Shown in pieces: positions 38,301 to 52,908 of a stretch of 64,000 nt of DNA (its first letter is position 1; each line of letters begins with the position of its first letter). The position numbers and the translations under genes were made by a program. Source of the DNA: a virus; IMG/VR virus record IMGVR_UViG_3300045988_072096; one strand, 5' to 3'. The notes beneath the pieces are model-generated. The model had not been told where the DNA came from. It was given only the letters and a program-made list of their open reading frames with translations, and did not search any database.

Positions 38301-41300
38301 AACGCCTATTGTTCAACATAACTCTTACCTTGTTTTTTTGTATCAATTTTACAAGCATTAACTAAATCAGAAAGTTTTTGTCCATATTTAGACATTTCCT
38401 AGTTTATATATGCCACGTACAATTGTACTTGTTTTGGTGATAAATCTATTGTTGTATCTACAAGTTGGCCATCATCGTTCTATACTTTAACATTAATTCT
38501 ATATCTAGAAATCTTGTCTTCAAGATTATCAAACGACAATTCTTTATTTATATTATGTAAGACGTCCTTATTATTAAATATATCTTCAAGTATGCATCCA
38601 GATTTTGTTATAATCTCTCCATTATCTTGGATATATTCAAACTCGTTGCTATATGAACCATCGTCATTTATTCCAAATAATGCTTTTGCAAATGATGCTA
38701 TTGATTCCTCTACGTCAGTATTATTATTTCCAATATCTTGTAATGTCTTCTTTATATTTTTAAGATTTCCTGTATTTGCGGCATCTTTAAAGTTATCGAG
38801 TATATAGTTAGTAACTGCAAATCTTTGTCTAGCAGCTTTGGATATAGTAATATCCTCCATATAATTTCCACCTGCCGTTTCGTATACAGAAGCAAGCTCT
38901 TTCATAATAGGCTGCGATAAGAACATAAATGTACGCTCTCCCATACCTGTTCTAACTAATAAGTTAGTTGTATTATACGTAAACGTATTGATGTTTAATC
39001 GCTATATATACGGATCTTTGGCTACGTCCACATGAGCATTAATTAATCCTGATAGCCAAGATAATTTTAAATTACCCTATTTATCTTTAAGACTGCTTAA
39101 ATCAAGACATCCTAATTCTCTAAGAAGAGGACAATGGTCTGAGTCAAATTTAACACCATATAGCTGAGTTAAAATTTGACTATTGTTATTTAACGCAAAC
39201 GGACCAATTCCGAATTTACCAACCACAAAGGATCCTCTAGTTCGTACCTAAAATGCAATATTACCAAACTTATATGCATATTCTTCTTGAGCCTATTTGT
39301 TTGTTTCAATTTTAGCCAATACGTTCTTGACAAGATTTGTATCTGAATCGATAGAGCGTAAACTGATACCTGCACTTGCGCCATTTACAATTCCATTCTT
39401 TCCGAGATCTTTTCCATGATCTTTTAATATTGTAAGATAATAATTAAGAAGATTATTTCTAGATTTATCTTCAGAATCTTTCTTAAAATCAGTCGATACT
39501 TTGTCTATGGTAATCTTCTTTCCATTAGATTCTACCTCAATCTTATATGACCTATAACTTAATCTTGACAAATACAGTTTATCGATGTCGAAGTCAGAAC
39601 CCGTAACCATTGTGAACTCTTTAGGAAGTACTATTGTATCTCTAACTACTGGCAAAACATCAACGAATCTTAATGCATGAATTGAAGATTGAGCCTGTGT
39701 AGGAATACGTGAAGCTATAGTGTTAGCTTTAGCATCTTTTCCTATAATCTTATTCTTTATAAGCCACTTTCTACTTGCCTCAAAATCGTTTTTAAGACCT
39801 TCTGGTATTATATCCATAAAGAAATCTATAGATATAACAGCGTCCATACTTCCTTCCTCATTGACAAGCTTAAGTTCGTTTCCATCATTAATTGTAGGAG
39901 AAAGTTGGTCGTCACCTAATATAGTCGGTTTACCTTCCATACTCCAGACAGATCTTTGATAAAAAGCATTTCCTTTTACATTAATGTCTACTATCTTTTT
40001 GTTTAGCTTTGCTACAAGTATACTCTGTATCCAATCGATAGAGGACATTGCTTCAAGATTAACTTTAAAATGTTTCTTTCCATCATTATCGACCTCTACT
40101 TGAATGCCATCAATCAAATTTTCATCAGCATCACGTGATTCTAATTCTTCTTCTAGGAATCTACTAAACTTTTCGATGTCTAATTCTCCAGAATCGTCAA
40201 ACATCTCACGCTCGAGTTCTTCCATTCCGTACGTAGACAAATTATTGATCTCACGCATTATTTCTCGCAATAAATCTCTACCACGTAAAGTCTTTCCATC
40301 TGGAGTAGTATACTCTTTATTTTGTATAAGACTAGTAAGCGCAACTTTCGTCATCTGTGTACCCATTTGAGCAAATTGCTTTTCATGAGGATCTGTATTC
40401 AACTGTTTACGTATGAATTTATATTCTTGATCATATGTATCAAACTAGAATGCTTCAAATGCCTCCTTGTCGTTAAGTAGTTTCTCTGTCAATTCTGCAG
40501 GAGATTGAGAACCTATCTTAACGGCACTATGCATCATTAGCATATCTATGTGTTGAGATTCCATTTTACTAAGTATTTGTTGAGTATATCCGGTGGCCAT
40601 TTGCTTGAATAGTGGGAATAATGCAAACTTATTATAGTACTGTATTTTTATATCTCCTACAGGTCTATATCCATATGCACTGTATTTTTGTGCACCAAGC
40701 ATTGCTTCGTATATAACTTTAAATGCCTACTTATTACTAAGAATATTGCTTTTTCGCTTACCCTCTAGATATTCAAAGGCCTCTCTTACAGGTTGTGTAT
40801 ACTTTCCAAGTTGACGTAATAAGTTTTTAGCCATTTTTGGTGTTATAAATGCAGCACCGTCTGCCACATTTATCTAAGCTCTGCCTTTTTTATCAAGTCC
40901 AAATGAAGATGCTTCGTCTTCACCACGCTTTTTTGCTACATTAAATAAAGTAATCTAACCAGCAGACTCAAAATCATTCTTGATTTCATCAAGAGACATC
41001 TCATTTACACCATTTTTTCCATATATCCTATCTGCAAGTTTGTCTAATTCATCTTGATCAACTATATCCTTAGACTTATATTCATAATAAATTTGACGTA
41101 TTTCTGCATCTTGGAACAAAGAATTAAGCATATCCAATTGGTTAGATACAACCATTTGATCTTCTACTTCTGCGCATTTATATTTGCTACGTATTCCAAC
41201 CATATATGGCCTATTTCTTTCTCCAGTAGAGCCAAGACCACCAAGACGCTTAGTTTGATCGCTATGTCTATCTACAAGACGTTTTACGCCATTTACAATG

Positions 41301-44300
41301 TCATATACCCATTTATATGATATCGGATTTCCAGTATATAAACGTTCTATTTCTTCTTCTGAGATAATACCTCTTAAATATACATCCCACATATAAGCAA
41401 GTACAGCCTAACTTCGTGCTTTTGCTGCATTTTCTATTGTTATATTAGATCCACTTGGAGTTAATTCAGCTTCATATTTAGCTTGAAGCTTATCTATACA
41501 TACACTGTCGAATGCGACGTTTTTATATGTATAAAGTCTTCCTAACTTCTCAACACCTTCGTTGTCGTTTACAATTGCTCCACAATGTTCTGCTAAAGCT
41601 AAGTCATCGTAAAAACCTTCTTCCAGTGTTAATGCCATCATTTCTGCGCGTTGCTTGTCAGTAACATGATCTCCAAAGAATAAATCATCTGCTTTTTGTA
41701 AATAATACAACGGATCTTTATCGCCAGTTAAATGTAACCATCCGATACTTCCATCGTCTTTTCTATACGCAATCTTCGTCAAAGAACCAAAGCGCATTCT
41801 ATTATCACTAACACGCTCTATCTTTTTCAATATATTAAGAATAGATTTATCCTTTTCTTCATTTCGTTCTATTTCTCGTGCTATGGCATTTCTTTCACAA
41901 AAAGCATATTCGATCATCTGTCTGATCTATAAATCATATGGATTTACGCTTATGTGTAATTCACCGCCAACTTCTGTTACATGTAACAAATCGGAAGTCT
42001 ATGTGTTTGTAATATTATGATAATCGATACCAGGAGTTTTTATTCCATCCAAAAAGAACCATGTTGATTTATCACTCAACGTAGGAAATACAATTCTACC
42101 TGCAGCAAGCATACCGCATTTACCTACAAAATCTTCACGCTCAGACGTCTTAGTATATTTTACACCTCCTTGATAATCGCTATCAAGTCTAGCACCATTG
42201 TATGTCTACAATTTAAGTTTAAACTTATCTCCTGTAGCAATATACTTCATTATAAGAGATCCTATCCTTTGAATACGGCCTGCAACTTTTCTAGTTGACC
42301 AACAGTAATTCCACTTAGATGAATCTTTAAGAATTTTACTTCCAGTAAAACTATCATTTTCCTTATCATACCCACCTTCATTGATATCTTCAGTCATATC
42401 ATATGCAGTGTGTCTCTGTGCCATTGTGTAATTCTTAGTACCTTCTGGACCATTTGTCATAAGGTCTGTAGATGTTTTGTTATATCTGCTGACAGCTTGC
42501 GCACACCATTTTATAAAAGAGTTGTCTGAATAAATATTTGTTCCAGACGCGAATTCCCTACTTCTGCCTTCAATTACTTCTTTCTTACCGGTCATCAATA
42601 TATCGTTAATTTTTTCTTGATTTCCTTTAAGTAATGTTTGGCACAATGAATTTCCATTTTTATTATATACGACAGATTCTATGAACTTCTAAAATGACAG
42701 ATCTTGTTTAGCACTTGTGATTAGATATCCAAATGCCTTCTAAATAGATATTCCATTGCCGATAGTATCAAAATGTTCTCTTAGAGCCATTTCTAATGCA
42801 GGCTTTTGGATATCTATACCCAAGATATTCAAGCTGTTTATAAATTGCTGTTCGATATATATAAAATCATCTTTGCTATTTTTATCGACATCTCTTTCTC
42901 CGATTTTATGTGTTTTTGCGACAGTTGTATACAATTTGTATATTTCACCCAATGTATCTTGCGCTTGTTTTAACAAAACTCTACCAGTTTCTTCTTCACC
43001 ATTTTTAACAAACTTTATATTTCCATTTTTGTTCATGAAGAATATTCCGCTAACTCCAGTTCTAAATTGTGCGAACCATTGCTTAGGGAACATACTTGCC
43101 GCATAACCACTATCTGAAGATTTAATACTGCTTGTATATTTACCATCCACTGGCTGTCCGTCCTCATCGTGTACTTGAGAGAATACTACTTGCATAAAAT
43201 CAAGTTTCTAACATGATACGAAATTAAATAACTGAGTAGCTAATGCTTCACTACTTGTGGAATCTACATCGTAATCATATTCACTGATTACATTTCCGCT
43301 GTCTTTTCCATCTTTATCTGCTGATGTGAAATAAATTCCGTCTTCTCCATTATGCTAGAAATATGAGTTTTTCTTTAATGGTTCTCCATCTTTGCCAATC
43401 AGTATATACTTACCATCATCGTGTTTTTTAATAGAGTTATTTAGCAAAGCATTTAGCTTATGCTCAAGTCTATAAAATACAGGTTCAGTTTCTGCTAATT
43501 CATGAAGTTTCTACAATAGATCTTCTGCAGACTTACAATCGTGACATGCAGATAACAATAGATTCTTAACCTGGTTTCTAGGTACATATCCTGTAAAGCC
43601 TAATATTCCTCTATTGTTTGGTATCATTACTCTACTACCATCTTTATTCATTGTAGATTTTACTCTGCCAACTTTAACGTCTTCTTCAGTAGCAAATCTT
43701 TCGTCTGGAATAGTACTTAACATAAATCTTACTGCAGCAGTTGTGTCTTCAGAACGATCGTGCGTGTAAAAAGCATCATCATGTGCCGCTATTTCTTGAC
43801 CTATATATGAACTATTCTCATCATCTGCTACATCGTTTTCATCATCTTCTTGTTTCTGTAGTCTGTCTAATTGAGAATCGATTCCGAGAACCTATAAACG
43901 TCTATTTATTTTCTGTTCGATTATATCCCAATTATTCTTATCGAATAACTGAGCGAACATTTTTTGAGATTGATTTAAGTCTTCAAATTTACGCTTATTT
44001 TCCTGTTCACGTATAAGAATAAGGATTTGTTTCTTTAGTTCGTTTATATCACCCTTTTCTACTTTAGCTGCAGCCTATCTTGTTAACTCTGCTATTTCCT
44101 ATGATCCGTAATTTGTCTTATAGTACTATATAGCATCTTGTACAGTCATACCGTCATTTATATATTCTCCAGTTAAGACTCTAAAGAACGCAGAATGTTC
44201 AGTACTTTCCTTTCCGTGAAATAATTTTTGCATTGAGCTTAAATCAGTAACAATTCTTGCTGCATTTGATGCAGTCATATCTATACTATATCCCTGAATG

Positions 44301-47300
44301 ATTGTAGATACTATATGATCAAGAGCTTCTTCGAACATCTGCATTCCACCAAATGCAGGAAATTCAGACAAATCTATATGAACTCTTTCAGATGTACGTT
44401 TACCATCTTCATCAGTGTGGTAACGTTTTCCGCTGATGGTAAGATACATTTGCCCATTAAAATCATTGACAAAACGTTCAATATTAGCTTGTTTAGGTTT
44501 AATGTGTCTAAATATTCCAGAATTGGCCATAATAAATAACATAGCGAATTTACGGTCTCCTAACGCACGAAGTGCTTGTATATATTCTTTTATTTCATTG
44601 AATATCTTACTAACTTTCCAAAAGTTATTCCACTTAATGCTTATATGTTCTCTGTCAATCATAAACATTCTAAACATTTCTGCCAATCCTTCAGCTACAT
44701 CACGTTCTGTAAGCTTTCGTCCATGTGATTTTTCAAAGGCCGCTCCGTAATGTTCAGCATATCTCTAGTAAATCTTTTTACGTCGTTTTTCTCCTACAAG
44801 TAATTCAAGTATTCTATGGAATGCTTCATGATATTGAGCACCTTCTGGAGCATGCTTACTTAATGTGATGGTATCTGTTGATATCATACCGGCTACTCTT
44901 GCTCCATTGGATAACGTTGAAAGTTCATGCTCTACGAATATTAGTGGAACATTGCCTACAAGACGCTTTGTTTCTTTTTCAACAAACCTCTATTGTTCTT
45001 CAGTTAATCTACTATTTGCCAATTGATCAGTGACCATAAGCATACCAGGAGCACCATCATCAAATAGATTACCGTCCATCCAAGACGACCCATTACTAGC
45101 ATCATCCAATGCTTGATCAATACTAGCATCATCCCAACCGTCATCGATTTTACGTTTATTTGGTTCTTGCTCAGTCTATTCGCCTTCTTTAGTCTGCTGT
45201 TCTTGACTTTTTTCTGGCTTATGTTCTGGCTTTATTACAGATTTTTCTTCAACTTTTGTTTCTTGTTGAACTCCAACCTATCCTCCATCTGATGCTGGTT
45301 TAGCATCGTCTTCTGCTTTTTTCTTTTCAGCTTCATCGGATGTTTTTTCTAATTCTGTTATGGAAATCAGAGGATTTTGTAATGATTCTGCATTAGTTCT
45401 AGCGTACCCATGCTTTATCATCCATCCTGCAAAATCAAGACCTTGCTCATAATCATCTCGTGTGATTTCAAAATCTCCAAATTTGATTCTAGTTATATTA
45501 TAATCGGTATTTTCAAATATACGACACACGCTGCCAAAGAACCCATTTTGGTCGTTTAGTTTAGAGCGCATTATACCAGCTTGATTTATATGCATGTCGA
45601 CCAATGCTAATATGCGTCTAAGTCTTGCTAAATCTCCAGCATCAGTAATATCTAAAACGATTGTCGGTCTTGTTAGTAGTTTTGTCTTAGGATCTACAAC
45701 AGGAGCCTACTCCATATCTGTTATCAAAATCATACTTCGATTTTGCGTCTTCTAATCCGCTCCTACTGCATATTGAAATATAAAATCGTGTCCAGCAAAA
45801 CTTGCCTATCTACCAAAACGAGTTATCATTTTTAGTATCTGCTGGCAGCTTATTCGTGACATCTCATTTGATACTTCACCTTTATCGTCATATATATGTA
45901 TTCCGTTGAATATAGTATCAGTGTTCTGATCATTTGCACTCGCAATCTACTGCAAACAATTTACAATTAAATCAACGTCATTAGTTTCAAATTTTTTACC
46001 TCTAAGTGTTATATACACAACACGCATTGGTGCATCTACTGGGTCTTCATCGTACTTAAACTTATATAAGAATACTACACTACCTGCTGGCATATGTTCA
46101 TCTTGAGTAAGCTCATTTCCTGGCAGAGGAGTATATCCCTTCGGTAACGGTTTACCATTTTCGTCCAATTTATTTGTATCACCTATAGTAGATCTATTCG
46201 TGTCACTGATTTCAAATATTTCACCGTTTTTACCAACAACTCCAAGCAAACTATCTTCTCCATTGAGCAATTTAGTAAGTGTAGACTCGCCAACTATAAA
46301 TTGTGTATCCATTAACGAATGGTTGTTTTCGGAATACACCAATTGTCCATTGGTACGTTTAACATTTTTAGCTACGATATATTCACCGGGCTTCAATGAA
46401 TTAAACAATGATCTGTATTGACGAATTAAATTTCTAGCCATTATACTGTAATTACTTGGATCAGATTGTACGTCCGAGTTACTTCCAGGTTCATTACCTA
46501 ATTCATTGCCCAAACGTATTCGCATAGATTTGCTAAATTTAATGACCTTACTGCCCTTTGGAGCATATGTGATAGTTACATTAAACGTTCCGTCGTCGTT
46601 TCTATATATTTTAAACTGTGAATTAACTATAAAATCTGATTTTATTATTGATTCCAGATAATGAGGAATAGTCTTTAAGAAATCAATAGTGGAATGAAGA
46701 TTGTTAAATTGATACCAATGCTATTTTCCAGCTTCAGGAACAATTTCAGTCTGGCTATCTTCCCAGTTTTTATCAAGTAAGTGTTTGTCCTAATTATTTA
46801 AACTATCTGGAGATGGAGAACTATCTGTTGAAGATTTATATTCTTCAAGTTCCTGATCAAACTGTTCACCAATTGAAACTATATTTTGTTTTAATAAATC
46901 ATATTCCTGTAATATAGATGCATGACTATCATCAGATACTAAATTATTTATGTGATTAATAAACTAGTTTGCAAGCTTTATAAAATCCCGCATTTTATTT
47001 TCAAGATCGGCAGAAACCCAATGATAAATATCTACATAATCTAATATATCTTGATACTACTAAATACTACTCTATAAGTCATCACAACATTTCTAATAAT
47101 ATTCACGATGATTTGTAGCACTATCGTCGCTCTATAAGTAATTATCTAATGCAGAGAATTCATCTTCAACTATAGTTCCATTTAGATTAACAATACCCTA
47201 TGATTGTACAGTACTCATGTGGTCAACATCATTGCCGGCGTTGTCATAATCTACATAAAATGGCAATATTTCAAGAGATGTTACTTTTACTCCAGTTTGT

Positions 47301-50300
47301 TCTTGAATCATAAGCCTATACATATGAAGCTATCTAGCATATTGCTGCGCATAATTACGTTGATATCCTGCACCAAGATTTTCATCAAAAAATGGCAATT
47401 GCGTTCTCACTTCCGCGCCTTCCGGAGCCTCCATACCGTCCTGTATGTTTTGCCATACTTCCTCTCCTGTTATAGGATTTTTAGATTTAAATTGTCTTGT
47501 TGGTTTAAACCTACGGCTATTTTTAGTAGTCTTAAAATCAAGTACGCGTATATTACCTTCTCTATCAATAGCTATTAAGTCTGTTTCACCAGCTACTCTT
47601 TGGTGATTCGGTAGTGTAAAATACCATGTATATGGAGTCGTATCTACAACCCATCCTCGTTTTACAAACTCTGCCTATATTTTTTCAAATTCTTTAACTG
47701 TGTCTTTAAATATAGCATCAGTCATTTTGTATTCAGGCTTATTTGTAAGATCTTCTCCAGCAAAAAACGCTCTACCTATTTCATCGACAATCTGCCCTGC
47801 AATTACAGCTGGTCCTGGTACTTTATTAGTTACAATTTCAGATATAGCATAAATAGTGTTATCAATTTCGCTATCAGATAACATTTGCTGTTTCGTATAC
47901 ATTTCCAGATTGATGCTGTACCGTTTATACTCAAAAGAATCTTTTCCGTAAGTATCTGCAAGGTTTTGATTGTATTCATTCTGTAATGCGCGTATTTCAT
48001 TTTTTATATCCTAGGATTTACGCAATCGCTATTCTGCGATCTTTTGATCAACACTTCGAGATATGTCGCCTACAAACTAGGGGCCTATTATGCCGTGTAC
48101 ACGTATAAATGACATGAATACATGTCCAACTTTAATAAAGTAGTTAAATGCAGTTACTACTTTATTTCCGTCTTTATCAGACTTGACTAATGACTTATCT
48201 TCTTCCTACTTCTTCTTAAGTTTGTCTAATACCTCCTACTATTGCTCATTCGGAGTTACTCGAGTTTCTTTCGGTTGTTCAGACGGCTGTTCAATCTAAT
48301 CTACATACTGCTGCAGCTAGTCTTCTCCGGCAGCTAATGCATCTATGTTTCCACCATCTCTACGTTCAAGGTCATATACAAAATTCCCGTCCGCACCTCG
48401 AATACCTAAAATTTTGTAAACCTATCCTCCGTATATAACTTTATCTCCAGTTTTGTATTTTGGGGTATTATCTGTAGCGTCGTTAGCAAGTAATGATATA
48501 TCTTCAGTATTTACAGAATAAGTGTTTCCATCAGCAGTCTATACAAATACATGATTGTCTTCTGGTGCTATATTAATTGGGCGAATTACTTTTCCTACAT
48601 ACTATTCACCATTATATATAAATCGTACAGTCTTACCTTCTAATTGATCTGTAGAAGAAGCTGGTTTTTGCTCAGCTGATTCACTTGGCTGTTGCTATGC
48701 CTATTGTGTACCATTATTTGGCTATTCGATTAAAAGCGATGTAGATTCTCCAGTTTGCGTAGATTTATCTGCATTTTGATCCTAAGTTTCACTTGTAGTC
48801 TATTCTGATGTCGTAGCAGTAGATGGTTTTGTATTTTGTGTCTACTTATTACGCTCGCGTGCAGTCTCACGTTCTGTTAGAGAATCGTGATATTCCATTT
48901 TACTAAACTGAAGATCTTCAGAATCGATTTTTCCGCTATTCGGATGATATCTACGTTTTGTCCAAGTTTCAGTACCATCTTTTTGTTTTTTACGATGTGT
49001 AATATACCAGTGACCGTCATTACCCACAAATATGTCGTTGTCTTTAACTTCTCTTACTGCAGCGTCTTCAATTCTACGAATAGAATTTACGTAATCTTCT
49101 TCAAGAATACGATTTATATTTTTATCAGTCTGAAGTTTATTATCATACATTTTAAGTTGATGATTCGGCATCTGCAGAAGGTCATTTAGCATATGTTGTT
49201 GTAACAATGCGTCATATTCTTGCATATGTCGTTGACGATATAGTCGCGCGATTCCATCAAATTGGTTGTCGCCATTAGATAAATAAACATCATTGTAATC
49301 AGTATCTTCTCTAATATTGCCATCTAATAAATCTTTTATTGTAAAATTACTTATATCAATACTTTGTGACTAAAGTGCTGGCTGTAATAATTGTATTAAA
49401 GTATTTCCGACTTCTGTATTATTGAGAGCCTTGAGTACATCTTCTTTATTTTCAACACGTATTCCATGTTTTTCTAATGCCTTTTTTAGCATATTTGACT
49501 ACATCTTGAAATGATTTGACAAAGAGTGTTCTTTGCCCATCTAATGTTCAAGTCTGCTGTAGTCATCATACAACTGATAAAGTGCGTATAAAGATGCTAA
49601 CGCTTTTGCATCATCTTCTCTCGTATCGCGATCAACATTTTGATCAACATCATCTTCATAGTAATTATCGTCCGGCTCAATATGTGTACCAAACATCTTC
49701 TGTATCTCGGCATCAGTCTCCATCAACTATTGATATGACTCATTTCTACTATTAAGCCGATAATTCAATAACGAAACGAGCTTAGCATAATTTCTCTGAC
49801 TAGAGCCACTCTTATAAAATGCATGTGGATTTATTCCAGCTCTTTGCGCTATTACATACATCTGTTCAGAATGAGCAAGATCGTAGATATCTTCACATGT
49901 TTTATACAGATCGTCTATTAATTCTCTAGGTATGGCATCTTCATCTTCTTCAAGTAAAGTTTCTCCGCGAGCTCTACGGTATGCATTTTCTCTGTCAGTA
50001 GCTCTATCGTGAGTGCCTACAATTCTTGCAAAATCTATAAACCGTTGTCTTGTGGTCTATTTATCTTCCATCATTGCTAATTTTGCAAGCAATTCTCCCT
50101 AAATTAGCTGAGTATCTGTAGTACGTTTTAATATATCTAGATTGTTTTGTATAATATCAATAGCCTTAACATCTGATCTAATTTTACTTGCCGACGTCAT
50201 TAAAGATATTGATGGCTGTAATCCAAATAACGTCAATAAAGGAGTAGCATTCATTGATGGAACTACATCTGCATCTGTATAGTAAGCAGGATCATTCTAG

Positions 50301-52903
50301 TTAATCCAATACCATACAGCTTTACCTCCAGTAATAATATCATCAAATGCGCGTTTTGCTAATCCGACATTAGACTATTGATCATATCCCCAATCACTAT
50401 CTTTTGCTTTTTGGGCATTTAATCCTTGTACACCTTCTTGCGTCATTTCTGATGCAGTATTGATACCCATACGCATTCCTACATTTGCGACACCTTTCGT
50501 TATAGCAGCAGCTTTCAGATATCTGCTAGGAACTGTTGTTGCAAATTGACGAACTCTATTAAATGCTCTAGCTATACCGCTTTCTCTTCCTATCCACTTT
50601 GCACCTTTTTCAGTATATCTAAGCGGTGCTGAAAGTGCATGTCCAACTTTTGCTGCGCCGTTTTTAGCTTTTATTAGTCCTGTAGTTAATGCACGTCCTG
50701 CCTCAGACTCAAGGGCTTTTTTAGCAGCTCCGTGAACTCCTTCTTTAAATCCAGCGAACTTTAATCCAGCTGCTGTTTTTCCGAATTTCATTCTTGCCAA
50801 TCTTCCAGCTGCTACTACTTTTGATCCTAATGCCAATTTTTCAATCGGCTCTAGACGAAGAGTTGTTGCTAATGTTCCAACTAAAGCATCAGTAGAGTTT
50901 ACAGGTTCGTTTGCATAGAAAAGGTTATTTGTTCCTACAACTGCATCTCTATGTAGCATTGTTATTTCTGGATTTGTAGAATGCCACATTCCATTACAAT
51001 ACATTTCAAGTATGCGCTGTTCGGTTTGCTCTTTATCGCCAAGTTTTTGTAAGTCCTTAATTTCTCCAAACTTACTCATTCTAGACAAGCCTTCTTTTAT
51101 GAATTCATCATACAAGTTGTTGTTTATTAAAAAAGACCTCATCTAATCTGTAACCAGTGTACCTGCTTCAATGTTATTTTCTTCATTAGAAGCAGCTTTT
51201 TGCGCATTGTATCCGATACCGATAGTAGTGGCTTGTGTAAGTAATTTTGCTCCTACCAGTTTTCCAAAACCATATGTACCGCCGACAAGTGCAGATCCTG
51301 TACTTATTGCGCTTTTCCACCAAGATGAATTTGAACCACCAGCTATTCCTGACCAACCAAAAGCAGCCATTTTAATTGGATTTTTCCACGAATACTGTGA
51401 ATATTGCAATGCTTCTGCCTCAGCTTTGTAATAATCGTCTACTTTAGCGCGGGCTTTTAATATATTATCACCTGTAACCCAATCTTGAATATCTTTCAGA
51501 TCAGTGGTATAATCATCCTACCAACCTTTAATTCTGTCTTCAGCAGCTGCATTGAAATTATTAAGCAAAGTACGTATTTTTTTAATACTTCTGTTGGTAG
51601 AATCAATCCATCCTTGATTGTATTCACGTGATTGCATTTTTTTAGCTAAGTCATCTGCCATTCCTCCTAATCCATTCAGATAATTTCTAATGCCGCCGAT
51701 ATCCAAATCTAATTTTGAATCTATTGCTTGTGAAATAAACCCCATTGGGCCTCCTGCAGACCATGTAGATAAGTTATTAAGGCTATTTCTCCATTCTGGA
51801 TGCTCATTCAATGCTTGACGTATCTTTTGGTTTTCTTCAAGTAGTAAATTAAGCTTAGTCTTAGTGAGATGTAGTACGCCAGAATCAAGATGCGCATCAT
51901 GACTTCCATATCCTGTAGCTAATTGTAGTTTTTGTATTTCTGCCAAATTATTAGCATATTTTTCTGTAAGTGTAAGGTATTTATCAACATCATTTGCCAA
52001 ACCTTGTAACTCTTTAGCTCTAGAAACCTTACCTGTACTAATCTACGCTTGATTTTCGTTTGTTTTTATAATAAAATCCGACGCAAAACTTTTACCGTAT
52101 GCAGAATTTACTGCTCCAAGAAAACTCATTGTGGTATTATACATACCACCAGTCCCTTGTACACCCATAGCATTGTAAGCATCTCCACTAATATCTTGTC
52201 CGTAATAATCATTAGGTTTAATTTTTTCAAGGTCTGACGCCTTCTTCTCTGCAGCTTTCTACTGTATCTAATACTATTTATCGAAATCTTCCAATGCCGC
52301 TTTTAGGTAATCTGGATCATTCATTAATCGATAGTTATGGATCTCTAAATATTCTTTATCTGTTAAAGCTTTATTTTTATTAAGTTTTCCAAACGTACGA
52401 TTTTCAAGTAAACGTCTATTCAGCCTTTCTACTGTACTCTCATGTTTTTTTGAATCAAGTATTTTTTGTAACTCATTGTCAAGATATCCTTGCGCAGCTT
52501 TGGTAGCTGGAAAAAGCTGCGCAGTACCAGTTTTGTCTTTTTTGGCTCTACGATTTGTTCTTTCAGCCCACGCTGCATATTCAGGCGACATTGGATCTGG
52601 AGAGATAGCGTCGTAGAAAGCATACGGATCTGCAGTTTTACTACTGTATTCCTGCGGAGACATTGTGCTGTATGCATTAGCCGGCTATGTTGGAGTAGGA
52701 TTTTGCTGAGCCTATTTAGCTGGTGCATTTGAATTAGTCGGTTTTAATGTGTTATCCTACTCCTCTAATTCTTTTTTCTTTCGTTCATTTTCAGCTTCGA
52801 TCTATAATTCCAGAGCTCTTTTTTCTTGCTCTAAAGCAACATTGTTGCCCATTACTTCTCGAAATTGTTTAAACGAAAAATGATTTTTATCCTTTTTTGC
52901 CAT
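35303..52903 (-). CDS. Giant late protein, 5,866 codons if TAG is read as sense (~87 TAG); contains an RNA polymerase-type DFDID motif and a zincin HEAFH motif
   Basis: 33 track fragments (35702..52663) share one frame. All gaps were scanned by hand: only TAG interruptions, no TAA or TGA. The ATG at 52903 lies 5 nt after the upstream TAA. Stop is TAA 35303-35305. TGSDFDIDKLY at 39581-39595. YHEAFHRI at 44816-44830. Q/T/S/E-rich linkers at 48.2-48.8 kb and 45.1-45.3 kb. Confidence 0.75.
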
Positions 52904-52908
52904 AACTA

